Positions 26,911 through 35,427 of a stretch of 64,000 nt of DNA are shown piece after piece (positions within the stretch are counted from its first letter, which is position 1; every line of letters starts with the position of its first letter). This DNA is from Dehalococcoidia bacterium. GTDB lineage: Bacteria > Chloroflexota > Dehalococcoidia > Lucifugimonadales > UBA3495. Below the pieces are notes generated by a model, which saw only the letters and a program-made list of their open reading frames with translations, made no database searches and was not told the DNA's origin. The position numbers and the translations under genes were made by a program. Where the stretch lies: assembly GCA_965203195.1 (NCBI GenBank), contig OZ241860.1, positions 642,334 to 706,333 on the forward strand, read 5' to 3'.

Positions 26911-27630
26911 CTACTGGCGGGAGTGGCCGTTGTTCCGGTCGGCCAGCAGCCGGTTGAGCACCTGCTGCGACTCGTTGAGATTGCGCATTGCATGGAGGAG
27001 TTCCTGATTAACTTGCGCCGCGTATTCGGCGCGCCGGCCCTCGCGGCCGGCCTGCTCGCGTTGCAATTCAACGCGTTCGTCGCCGGCCGCGGCGGCGAGG
27101 GCCGCTTCGTCTTGAGCCCGTTCCTTGGCCGCGGCGGCATCGGCTCTGGCCCGCTCCCCGGAGATAATGCTGACCGTTGCGGATGCGGCTTTTACCGCGG
27201 CGCGGGCGGCTTCGATGGCGGCAGTCCTGCTCCGCTCCTCGGTTAACAAAAGCCGCATCTCATAGACTTTGGCCCGCTCCTCCTCGGCTTTGGCCCCCTC
27301 CTCCTCACGCTTGGCCCGTTCATTGTCGGCCCGCGCGCGTTCCCAGTCGGCCCGCGCTTGCTCATAGTCGGCGCGCTGCGTTTCGCCCATTGTGAACCAC
27401 ATTTGCAAAACCCCCGCTACGGTAATGGCGGCAACTCCGTTGATGTAGGCCGCGCTGAACACATCGCGCAAAGCCTGGCCGGGGTCGCCCGGCAGGGCCA
27501 GAGTAACCCCGCCAGCCAGCGCCCCCAGGCCCACCGGCAGCGCCGCAAAGAGGGCAAAGTGCCTGATCCTCTCTGAACGGCTGCGCTTCAGCGTCGGCGC
27601 AAGTTCCCGCTGCCCGTTATTGTAACCCAT
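26911..27630 (-). CDS. membrane protein with long charged coiled-coil (ERA[RK]-rich)
   Basis: Start at MGYNNG. Two TM helices are followed by RADYEQARADWERARADNERAKREEEGAKAEEERAK. No enzymatic motif. Confidence 0.55.
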   Translation of the reverse strand: MGYNNGQRELAPTLKRSRSERIRHFALFAALPVGLGALAGGVTLALPGDPGQALRDVFSAAYINGVAAITVAGVLQMWFTMGETQRADYEQARADWERARADNERAKREEEGAKAEEERAKVYEMRLLLTEERSRTAAIEAARAAVKAASATVSIISGERARADAAAAKERAQDEAALAAAAGDERVELQREQAGREGRRAEYAAQVNQELLHAMRNLNESQQVLNRLLADRNNGHSRQ

Positions 27631-27775
27631 ATTAATGCCGCGTTCCCGCTGTCGCCGCCGGCAGCGCCGCGACCGCATTCAGGCCGGGACAAAACGTCCG
27701 CAGGCCAGTTTTGGAACATCATACCACCAGTTGCCGCCCGGCGCAGCGCCGCCCGGCTCTGCCGCCGCCGGCCGG

Positions 27776-28444
27776 CTATCCTGCCATTGCCGCCAGCTTG
27801 CGCTCCAGACGGCGCTGCTGGAGGGATATGGTGAGGTCGCCGCGGGTGCGTTCCAGGACGCCGCGCATTGCGTCGGCGCTGCGGCGCAGGCCCCCGGTTA
27901 CGGGTTCGGGGAAATCTACCGTAACCAGGATGCCGTAGATTTCGTCCATCACGGCCATCAGTTCCTCGCCACGGGCGGCTTCGTCCCGGCGCAGGGCGTC
28001 CAGGATGTAGCGCCGGAGTTCACCGATCACTTCCGCCATCCCGTTGAGGTAGGCCGGCGGGTCAATGTCCAGGGCGCCGGCGTCGGGGATGTCCTCGCCG
28101 GCGATAATCGCCAGGGCGATGTTCGCTTCGGCGTACTCCTTGCGGGCGTCGGCGAGGAAACCGGCGTGGTAGATTTCCGGGTTGTCGGCGCGAATGCTCC
28201 GGGTTTCGGACAGCAGCCCGCCGGCTTCGGCAATCAGCCGCCGGGCCGCGTCAAAATCGTTGCGGTGCACGGCGCGGATGGCGTTGGCCGAATGGCGGAT
28301 GACCCGGCGGGAAATGGCCAGAGCCTGCTCCCGGGCCCGGTTCCGGGCGGCCAGCTCGGCAATGGCCGGCGCGGATATGTCCGCCAGCCGGCGAGAGTAG
28401 CGCGTAGTGGCGGGTGTGGTAGGCGTGGTAGGCGTAGTGGGCAT
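27776..28444 (-). CDS. translin family protein
   Basis: 222 aa helical protein. YLNGMAEVIGELRRY matches the translin YLxGxxDxxGELxR motif. Confidence 0.6.
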   Translation of the reverse strand: MPTTPTTPTTPATTRYSRRLADISAPAIAELAARNRAREQALAISRRVIRHSANAIRAVHRNDFDAARRLIAEAGGLLSETRSIRADNPEIYHAGFLADARKEYAEANIALAIIAGEDIPDAGALDIDPPAYLNGMAEVIGELRRYILDALRRDEAARGEELMAVMDEIYGILVTVDFPEPVTGGLRRSADAMRGVLERTRGDLTISLQQRRLERKLAAMAG

Positions 28445-28456
28445 AGCGGAAACATC

Positions 28457-29473
28457 CTAGACGCGGCCGCCGGCGGCGGCGATGGCGGCGACCAGCGCGG
28501 CGGCGGCGGCTTCCGGATCCAGCGCCCGGCCCACCGCGGCGGTTACGCAGACGGCATCGGCGCCGGCCGCAACTACCGGAGCCACATTGTCCGCCGTGAT
28601 GCCGCCAATGGCCACCAGAGGAACGCTGGCCACCGCGCGGGCCTGCTTGAGACGCGCCGGCCCCTGGGGGGCGCGGGTCACCTGCTTGGTAGTGGTGGTG
28701 TACATTGCGCCAAAGGCCACATGGTCGGCGCCCATCCGCTGGGATTCCACAATCAGGTCAATTTCCCGGTTGGAGCGCCCCAGCATCTGGCCGGGAGCCA
28801 GGATTTTGCGGGCTTCGGCTACGGGCAGATCCGTCTGGCCTACGTGGAGGCCCACGGGTTCCGGGCCGACGGCGGCGGCCAGGTCGGCATGGTCGTTGAT
28901 GATCAGCAGAGCGTTGTGGGCGGCGCACAAGTCGCGGAGGGCAACGGCCAGGGGCAGCTGTTCGCCCTTGTCGCGGAGCTTGTCGCGGATCTGGAGCATC
29001 CGGGCGCCGCCGTTGAGCGCGGCGCGGGCGATGTCCAGCGGGTCGCGGCCATTGGTCACTTCCGGGTCAATGATCACATAGAGGCCGTGGATGCGATGGG
29101 CCTGGGCGCGGCGCAGGGCGGCGCCGATGCGGGCCACGGCGTCGTCCAGGGCGCGGCGCAGCTGGAGGGCGGCGTCGGCGCTGACGACGCCGGCGCCGGC
29201 GACAACTTCCAGCAAGCCGGCCGCCGCGCCGGCGCCGGCCAGGGCGGCGTAACGGTCCGGCGCGAGGCCGGCGGATACGGGCTCGGGGCGGCGGCCGGCC
29301 CGGCCGCTGTCCAGCCAGCCGATTTCACCGGGCGTCAAACCTTCGGGTACGGCGTCCGTGGCCAGGACGCTTTCCAGGCAGCCCAGCAGGGCCGGCAGCA
29401 GGGCGGCGGCGTCGCCAGGAATGCCGGCGGCGGGAATGCCGGCGGCAGCGTTGTGATGTTCGGGAGTAGTCAC
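28457..29473 (-). CDS. thiE: thiamine-phosphate synthase with about 120-aa N-terminal extension
   Basis: The C-terminal 210 aa carry LYVIIDPE, MLQIRDK, LIINDH, GLHVGQTDL and PLVAIGGI. Apparent GTG start. Confidence 0.8.
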   Translation of the reverse strand: MTTPEHHNAAAGIPAAGIPGDAAALLPALLGCLESVLATDAVPEGLTPGEIGWLDSGRAGRRPEPVSAGLAPDRYAALAGAGAAAGLLEVVAGAGVVSADAALQLRRALDDAVARIGAALRRAQAHRIHGLYVIIDPEVTNGRDPLDIARAALNGGARMLQIRDKLRDKGEQLPLAVALRDLCAAHNALLIINDHADLAAAVGPEPVGLHVGQTDLPVAEARKILAPGQMLGRSNREIDLIVESQRMGADHVAFGAMYTTTTKQVTRAPQGPARLKQARAVASVPLVAIGGITADNVAPVVAAGADAVCVTAAVGRALDPEAAAAALVAAIAAAGGRV

Positions 29474-29488
29474 GGGCCAATTCCTATT

Positions 29489-29830
29489 CTACAGGTCGAT
29501 TCCCTGGGGCGCTTCGCCGCTGCGGGCGGCGTCTATGGACTGGCGGACGGAGTCCGGCATCGCTACGCCGTGTTTGGCGAAGGATTCCTCTATGTTACGT
29601 CCGATGTTGCGGGGGTCGCGGTAGTAATCCCGGTTAGGGCTGCCGGCGGGGTGCGCTTCGTGGACGCCGGCGGTGGTCTTGCCCAGCGCAAAGGTGGACA
29701 TACGGCGGGCCACAGCGGAGCTGCCGCAGGCCCGGCAGGCCGGCGTAAAGGCGGCGGCGGCGCCGCCGGAACGCACCAGGAAAGCGGAAACTTCCCGGCA
29801 CTCCTGGCAGCGATATTCGTAGATGGGCAT
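29489..29830 (-). CDS. FmdB family zinc-ribbon protein
   Basis: MPIYEYRCQEC...CRACGS (CxxC...CxxC) is the typical FmdB/CxxC_CxxC_SSSS N-terminus. Confidence 0.8.
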   Translation of the reverse strand: MPIYEYRCQECREVSAFLVRSGGAAAAFTPACRACGSSAVARRMSTFALGKTTAGVHEAHPAGSPNRDYYRDPRNIGRNIEESFAKHGVAMPDSVRQSIDAARSGEAPQGIDL

Positions 29831-29970
29831 AGCGCAAGCCTCAAATTCAGCGGGGGCAACCGGTCGGCGGCGGCGGCTGGCTTCAGAGGCATAAAACTGA
29901 AATATCGCCTATATGATGTACGGCTATCGGCGTCAGTTTTGCCTACCTGTTCCCTATCCGCTCCGCAATG

Positions 29971-30288
29971 TCAAGCTTCCGTGTCCCGTATTTCGCGGCG
30001 GTGCTGGTGGAAATCGGGGGTGACGCGGCCGCCCATAGCCTGGCTCATCCGGCCCAGATGGGCGTCAATGCTGCCGGCGTTGGTGTCGTCCAGGTCGGCG
30101 GCGGCGTGGTCGGGCATCCAGTTGAGGCTTTCGCCCCAGGAACGGTGGAAGGAAAACCCGGAGACCAGGCGGGCCAGGTCGGGGCTGGCGCAGTGGGCGC
30201 AGGCCAGGCTGCCGGCGGGCGTCCAGCTGTACACCAGCCGGGACTGGCGCTGGCCGCACTGGCGACAGCGGTATTCGTAGATGGGCAT
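29971..30288 (-). CDS. FmdB family zinc-ribbon protein (second copy)
   Basis: ORF trimmed to MPIYEYRCRQCG...CAHC, 105 aa. Confidence 0.75.
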   Translation of the reverse strand: MPIYEYRCRQCGQRQSRLVYSWTPAGSLACAHCASPDLARLVSGFSFHRSWGESLNWMPDHAAADLDDTNAGSIDAHLGRMSQAMGGRVTPDFHQHRREIRDTEA

Positions 30289-30605
30289 AACGCACCTTTG
30301 TGACTGCGATTGCGATGGCGGTTTGCGATGGCGGCGTGGCGCCGGCATCGGCAATTGCCGGCATTGTAGCACAACGGATTGCGCGGTTGCCGGCGGCAAA
30401 CCGGAATAAGGATTGCCAGTCCGCCCTGCCGAGCAACCGCGTTGTCGGCGTGTACATTGCCCGCTCCGGTATGACCCGGCAGCAGATGTGCGACCTCATG
30501 CCGCAAGCCGGACGTGCCTTGCCCCTATTGCCCCACGCCCCAAACCCGGCCCGCCACCGCCGAGGTTCCGGCCACGCCATCCGCCCGGCCAAATCACGCG
30601 CCCAC

Positions 30606-30633
30606 TTGCGCCGGCCTCTTTTTGCGCTATAAT
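30606..30633 (+). promoter_or_regulatory. candidate sigma-70 promoter
   Basis: TTGCGC, 16-nt spacer, consensus TATAAT. It lies about 50 nt upstream of the 30685 start. Confidence 0.4.
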
Positions 30634-30684
30634 CGGGCGGCGGGCAGCGTCCAAGACGCCCGCTCAACCCGCCGACTGCGCCGG

Positions 30685-31206
30685 ATGCCGTCAATGCTGG
30701 ACCTGAACGACCTGCCTACTGATTATCCTGGCGGCATCGGCGCCGCCTGGGCGCAAGCCGGGGCCATTTGCCTGGAATCGCAGAACCACACGCCCGGCGT
30801 TGCCCTTGCTGTCCGCGGCAATGCGGACGGCGCCAGTAGCTATCGTTTAAACTGGACGCCTACCGCCAGCGGAGACAACGCGATATGGCAGCACAATCGC
30901 GCCACTGAAATGGGGGCGGAAGCCGTTGCTATTTTGTTGGCCAAGAACGAAACGCCATACTCGGTTGTTGAAGCCGCAACCTCGAGAACAGGCATCGACT
31001 TCTGGCTGGGAGAGGATCCCGATTTTTATTTTCAACGCAAAGCGCGATTGGAAGTATCAGGCATCCGCAGCGGCAGCGACGCCGCGATCGCGAGACGGGT
31101 CAGGGAAAAACTTGTTCAAACGAATCAATCCGACCATTCACAAACTGCCGTCTATGTAATTGTAGTTGAGTTTAGCCGACCCGTGGCTGAAATCCGCGTA
31201 AGATGA
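30685..31206 (+). CDS. hypothetical protein, possible restriction-endonuclease-like (DUF4365-like) fold
   Basis: 173 aa. The pattern ATEMGAEAVAILLA...TGIDFWLGE...ARLEVSGI is reminiscent of a PD-(D/E)xK-type core (D...E-x-[K/S]). Lower-GC region. Confidence 0.35.
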   Translation: MPSMLDLNDLPTDYPGGIGAAWAQAGAICLESQNHTPGVALAVRGNADGASSYRLNWTPTASGDNAIWQHNRATEMGAEAVAILLAKNETPYSVVEAATSRTGIDFWLGEDPDFYFQRKARLEVSGIRSGSDAAIARRVREKLVQTNQSDHSQTAVYVIVVEFSRPVAEIRVR

Positions 31207-31580
31207 GTACTTCAAGAGATTTTCACCACCGCGCAATGGGTTTCGTCGGCCAGGGTTTTATGGCGCAAATGGGCCCCGACCCGGACGCCGCCATACCCCT
31301 CTTTGAGCAGGCCCTGGAGCTGGAGCTGGCCGCCATTGCCGAGCTGCCCGAGCTCGTTGAGCCGACCTACTCGGTGTTGCACCGCAGCGCCGGGTGGATG
31401 GCGTTTCACTGCCGGCAGTTTCGCCAGGCTGAGCGGCTGGCCAGCAAAGCGCTGGCCGGCGAGCCCCCGGCGGACATCGCCGCCGAACTGCGCGACCTCC
31501 TGGAACAATCCAAACTCCAACGGAGCACCGCAGTAACCGCTAACCCGAGCGGTTGCCCGGATCCTCTAGAAAGCGCTTGA
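31203..31580 (+). CDS. hypothetical helical (TPR-like) protein
   Basis: 125 aa. ATGA overlap with the upstream gene. Helical repeat-like composition (AIPLFEQALELE..., FRQAERLASKAL). Confidence 0.4.
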   Translation: MSTSRDFHHRAMGFVGQGFMAQMGPDPDAAIPLFEQALELELAAIAELPELVEPTYSVLHRSAGWMAFHCRQFRQAERLASKALAGEPPADIAAELRDLLEQSKLQRSTAVTANPSGCPDPLESA

Positions 31581-31998
31581 CAACCCGGGCCATCAAAATC
31601 TCGTTTCGGCAGATCAACGCCAGAACCAGCACGACTGCGAAAGTCATAAGCACTACCCAAGCCTGCCACAGCAGGGCGTAGCCGCCAAGAAAAAATCCGG
31701 CGACGGACACGGCCGATACGAACAGGCCGGCGTAAACGCAGTGCATCAAATAGGCCAGGATGTCGTGGTGGTACCCGGTGCGCAGGGCCACCCGCAGCAC
31801 GGTAGAACCGCGCATACCCAGCAGCATATTGCGCTGCGTCGCGGCGAACCCGGCTACGACGATGCCGAATGTCATCGTGCCGGCAGGAAGCGCCTTCGAC
31901 ACCGGGCCAAAGGCACAGGCGAACACAGCGATTGCAGCCAGCATGGCTGCAATCGCCGCTACGCAGAAGGGGAGCACCTTTTCAGTTCTGGCCGACAT
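31540..31998 (-). CDS. hypothetical 4-TM membrane protein
   Basis: 152 aa with four clear hydrophobic helices. Overlaps the upstream 285-aa gene by 17 nt, and overlaps the convergent 31203..31580 gene by 41 nt. Confidence 0.6.
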   Translation of the reverse strand: MSARTEKVLPFCVAAIAAMLAAIAVFACAFGPVSKALPAGTMTFGIVVAGFAATQRNMLLGMRGSTVLRVALRTGYHHDILAYLMHCVYAGLFVSAVSVAGFFLGGYALLWQAWVVLMTFAVVLVLALICRNEILMARVVKRFLEDPGNRSG

Positions 31999-32839
31999 TG
32001 GAGAGAAATTCCTGCCGAATGTCTATGAGAGCCTTCCAGCGTACCTCGTGAGAAACCTTGCGCGTCGCTGGATCAACCGGAAGCATACGGTCTCTCTTCT
32101 CGCGATGCTGAATCAGGTCGATAACCTCGTACCCTTCATCATCGTGCTCTCTGCCCGTAACTTTTAGTTGAGTGACTGTATGATCACCTCCGGAGTTGAG
32201 AATTGCATCTATTGCCTCCCAAACTCGACCGGGGATGAGTGAACGATTTCTCTCGGGTAACGACTTGAGCACAATGTCGATATGCCCGGCACCAAAGCCT
32301 TCGCCAAAGGCTTTAAGTACCCCCATACCAGCATCATGGTCTGCATCTGTGATCGGCCCCATTCCTACGCGGATGGAGAGATTGCGGATTGTTTGATGGC
32401 CACGCGCTCGTGCCGCTGCTTCGTCGTCCAGCCTTGGGGACAACTGGTACGTTCCTTCGCCGGCAAATTCTTCAAAATAGCTGGCAATGGCACCCGACCC
32501 CATTCCCCCTAGAGTGGACTCAACAAATGCCAAGGCAGTCTCCGGATCGTACAGAATGGCCGTGTCGTGCGTGAAGTATTCGTCAGGGTCGAGATCGATA
32601 AGCTCAGCTGGCGTTACCGGCCTGGACCGTCCGGGGCCAGCATATTCAAACGTGAGAAAGTTCAGCAGATAGACACCATCCCGGCGCTCGTCGTGCTCTA
32701 GCCGCCGCCCCTTTCCGTTTGCCACTCGATACCTCATGCCAGGCGGCTGTGCAATGGCGTTGTCCACCGCCGTGCTGAACGGGATCCCCTCCGGGGGCCC
32801 GACATCGTAGATATTGACCCTGAACCGCTTTTCAGGCAT
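31982..32839 (-). CDS. hypothetical 285-aa cytoplasmic protein (no recognised family)
   Basis: Start at MPEKRFRVNIYDV (ATG 32837-32839), 7 nt behind a perfect AGGAGG RBS. Lower GC. I could not find a catalytic motif. Confidence 0.65.
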   Translation of the reverse strand: MPEKRFRVNIYDVGPPEGIPFSTAVDNAIAQPPGMRYRVANGKGRRLEHDERRDGVYLLNFLTFEYAGPGRSRPVTPAELIDLDPDEYFTHDTAILYDPETALAFVESTLGGMGSGAIASYFEEFAGEGTYQLSPRLDDEAAARARGHQTIRNLSIRVGMGPITDADHDAGMGVLKAFGEGFGAGHIDIVLKSLPERNRSLIPGRVWEAIDAILNSGGDHTVTQLKVTGREHDDEGYEVIDLIQHREKRDRMLPVDPATRKVSHEVRWKALIDIRQEFLSNVGQN

Positions 32840-32884
32840 TTCCAGTCCTCCTAAAGGCAGCATTCCGATTGCCAGATAGGCGGC

Positions 32885-32914
32885 AGTATACCCCATCGCT
32901 GCCCTGCTCTGCAA
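32885..32914 (-). promoter_or_regulatory. candidate sigma-70 promoter for the 32839->31540 two-gene cassette
   Basis: Minus strand: TTGCAG, 18-nt spacer, TATACT. A 7-bp inverted repeat (ggcaatt..aattgcc) lies at 32937-32955, just upstream. Confidence 0.45.
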
Positions 32915-33140
32915 CTATTTATTTGACATAATCTGCGGCAATTTTGCCAATTGCCGTACCCTACTTACCTACGCCCCACACACGGCCTACCGCCGCCGCG
33001 ATGCGGCCCGCCATCCGTTCCGCCAAGCCGCGCGCCTGTTCTACCGCCGCAGCCTCCGCTTCCAGCTCGGACACTATGGCCTGCTGGACGGCAAGCGGCG
33101 GACAGGGCGATGGGTATGGCCGCAATGTCACGCTGGGCGT

Positions 33141-33449
33141 CTAGAGCGGTACTCCGACGAATTTGATAAGCCGTGAGGCGACCGCCCAAGTGATGCCTGC
33201 TGACAGTAAGAAGCCTGCACCATACACCATCAGGATATTCCCAATGGCATAGCGACCATCGGAACGTTCTATCAGCAATGACGCAGCGCGGCGGGTAACT
33301 GCATGAACTGTGTTCCAGGTTGCCAGGTAAGTCCCGATGACAAAGAACTTTCCCCAAGCATCGTTGCCTTCCATTGCCAGGAGCACAGCCCCTACGAACA
33401 GTGCAATGGTCAGTCCAGCGGACCCCAAATGCAGTGCTATATTAGCCAT
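33141..33449 (-). CDS. hypothetical small 3-TM membrane protein
   Basis: ORF trimmed to MANIALH behind a GAGGAGG RBS, 102 aa. It starts 40 nt downstream of the hsdM-S stop. Confidence 0.5.
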   Translation of the reverse strand: MANIALHLGSAGLTIALFVGAVLLAMEGNDAWGKFFVIGTYLATWNTVHAVTRRAASLLIERSDGRYAIGNILMVYGAGFLLSAGITWAVASRLIKFVGVPL

Positions 33450-33489
33450 CTGGAACCTCCTCAGTGCGCGATGACGTACCAAGCTTCGT

Positions 33490-35418
33490 TCAGCGTTCCC
33501 ACACACGTTCTATTGCCACGTCAATCTCTGCTTCAGTTTGCTTGATGAGTTGACTCGCCTCGTCAATCACCCGCTGATACCCCTCAATCTCCGCCACCAG
33601 CTCCCGCTGCATCTCCGGCGGCGGCAATGGGATTGTGATGTTGCCGATTTCACGGCTAATCCCGCCGATAATGCCCTTGATGTACGGGCGCAAAATCTCC
33701 TGGAAGCCGTTACTGCTGATGATTGAGTAAAGGTAATACGGCAGTATGCCGTCCTGCGCCCGGATGATAAAGACGTGCTCATTTACCGCCGCCGGCATAT
33801 CGTAAGCGAAATACCCGCATTTTCCGGTAGTCGCGCCATCTTTGACCAGCATAGTATCCCCGAGTTGCAGTATGCCTTTTTTCATACCACTGAAATGCGC
33901 TTCGGATACGAACTTCATCTTGTCAAAACGAATTGAACCATCCGGCGCAATCTGCTCGCCGCCGATGCTGGGAATGCCCTCGCCGACGGCACCGCCCTTT
34001 TGGCGCGAGCCGCTTTCTATCGTTGCGACTTTATTCAACTCAACCATTGGCCATTGTGCAGCAGTCGGCTTATCCTGCTGATACCGCTCCCCTCTCAAGC
34101 CATACTCTCCGTCCGCCGCAATCCGCTCCTTGTCCACCACCAGCCCCAGCGTAGGCCGGTAATCGTCCAGCGCTATGCCCTGCCGCACCCGGCGCAGGTA
34201 TTCGGTCAGCTCGGCCTGGGCGGTGGGCAGGTCGTTGTCCGCAACGGGGCGGCGTTGTGCGCCCAGGTCGTAGCCGTCGCTGGCAATCTTGAAGAAGGCG
34301 ATGCCGTGCGCGCGCGGCGCCAGGGTCCGGTCCAGTATCAGGATGGAGGTTTTGACGCCGCTGTAGGGCTGGAACACGCCGGCGGGCAGCGACACTACGG
34401 CCACCAGATAGTCCGCCACCAGCAGGCGGCGCAGCTGCGTGTGCCCGCGCTGGCTCTGGAAGATGACGCCCTCCGGCACGATGACGCCGGCCCGTCCGCC
34501 GGGCGTAAGATGTTCGGCAATATAGTCCACAAACAACACTTCGCTGCGGCGGGATGGCACCGAAAAGCGCTGGTGGGGCCGGATGCCGCCTTTGGGGGAC
34601 ATAAAGGGCGGGTTGGCCATAATCACATCGGCAAAGTCCTGCCAGCGTTCCTCACTGGTCAGGGTGTCATATTCATAGATCTGCGGGTCGGCAAACCCGT
34701 GCAGATACATATTGACCAGCGACAGGCGCACCAGATCCGGCGACAGGTCATAGCCGTGCAGGTTGCCGGCCAGCCGCCGCCTTTCGTCGGGCGTCAGGGC
34801 AACGGCGCCGTTGGCGTCGGTATTGGCGGCCAGAATATGCTTGTAGGCGGAGATTAGAAAGCCGGCCGTGCCGCAGGCGGGATCCAGAATAGTTTCATCT
34901 TTTTTAGGGTCAATAACGGCCACGATAAAGTCAATAATATGGCGGGGCGTGCGGAACTGCCCGGCGTCGCCTTGCGCGTCCAGCGCCGCCAGCAGACTCT
35001 CAAAAGCGTCGCCCAGGCTTTCGGAGTCATCGTAGCTGAATTCGTCGATGACCTTGAGAAACTCGCGCAGGGTTTCCGGGTCGCGGTAGGGCAGATAAGC
35101 GTTGCTGAAGATGTTGCGGAACAGGGGCGGCAGGCCGGGGTTTTCGGGCATCCGGTAGATGGCCTCGGCGTAGCGGTTGAGCATTTCCTGCCCGCCGAGG
35201 CCGGCGCGCAGCAGCTGCGCCCAGCCGTAGTGGGCAAAGTCGCCGGCGAAGAACTTGCGCTGTCCGCCCAGTTCCTCGCTCTGGGCGTCCATATCGTCCA
35301 TAAACTTGTAGATGAGGGCAATAGTGATTTGCTCCACCTGGCTTTTGGGGTCGGGCACGCGGCCCACCAGAATGTTGCGCGCAGTGTCAATGCGGCGCTT
35401 GGTAACGGCGTCCAGCAT
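33490..35418 (-). CDS. hsdM: Type I restriction-modification methyltransferase fused to a single-TRD specificity module (HsdM-HsdS fusion)
   Basis: 642 aa. HsdM-type N-terminus (ARNILVGRVPDPKSQVEQITIALIYKFM), AdoMet motif DPACGTAGF and catalytic NPPF. The C-terminal 200 aa look like one HsdS target-recognition domain (GDTMLVKDGATTGK..., IPLPPPEMQRELVAEIE). Confidence 0.85.
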   Translation of the reverse strand: MLDAVTKRRIDTARNILVGRVPDPKSQVEQITIALIYKFMDDMDAQSEELGGQRKFFAGDFAHYGWAQLLRAGLGGQEMLNRYAEAIYRMPENPGLPPLFRNIFSNAYLPYRDPETLREFLKVIDEFSYDDSESLGDAFESLLAALDAQGDAGQFRTPRHIIDFIVAVIDPKKDETILDPACGTAGFLISAYKHILAANTDANGAVALTPDERRRLAGNLHGYDLSPDLVRLSLVNMYLHGFADPQIYEYDTLTSEERWQDFADVIMANPPFMSPKGGIRPHQRFSVPSRRSEVLFVDYIAEHLTPGGRAGVIVPEGVIFQSQRGHTQLRRLLVADYLVAVVSLPAGVFQPYSGVKTSILILDRTLAPRAHGIAFFKIASDGYDLGAQRRPVADNDLPTAQAELTEYLRRVRQGIALDDYRPTLGLVVDKERIAADGEYGLRGERYQQDKPTAAQWPMVELNKVATIESGSRQKGGAVGEGIPSIGGEQIAPDGSIRFDKMKFVSEAHFSGMKKGILQLGDTMLVKDGATTGKCGYFAYDMPAAVNEHVFIIRAQDGILPYYLYSIISSNGFQEILRPYIKGIIGGISREIGNITIPLPPPEMQRELVAEIEGYQRVIDEASQLIKQTEAEIDVAIERVWER

Positions 35419-35427
35419 AGCAACCTC

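Noticed and set aside
27635-30280. 881-aa ORF on the plus strand
   Set aside because: It is a shadow ORF running antisense across four well-supported minus-strand genes (translin, thiE, two FmdB). It has no motifs and a skewed G/A/R composition.
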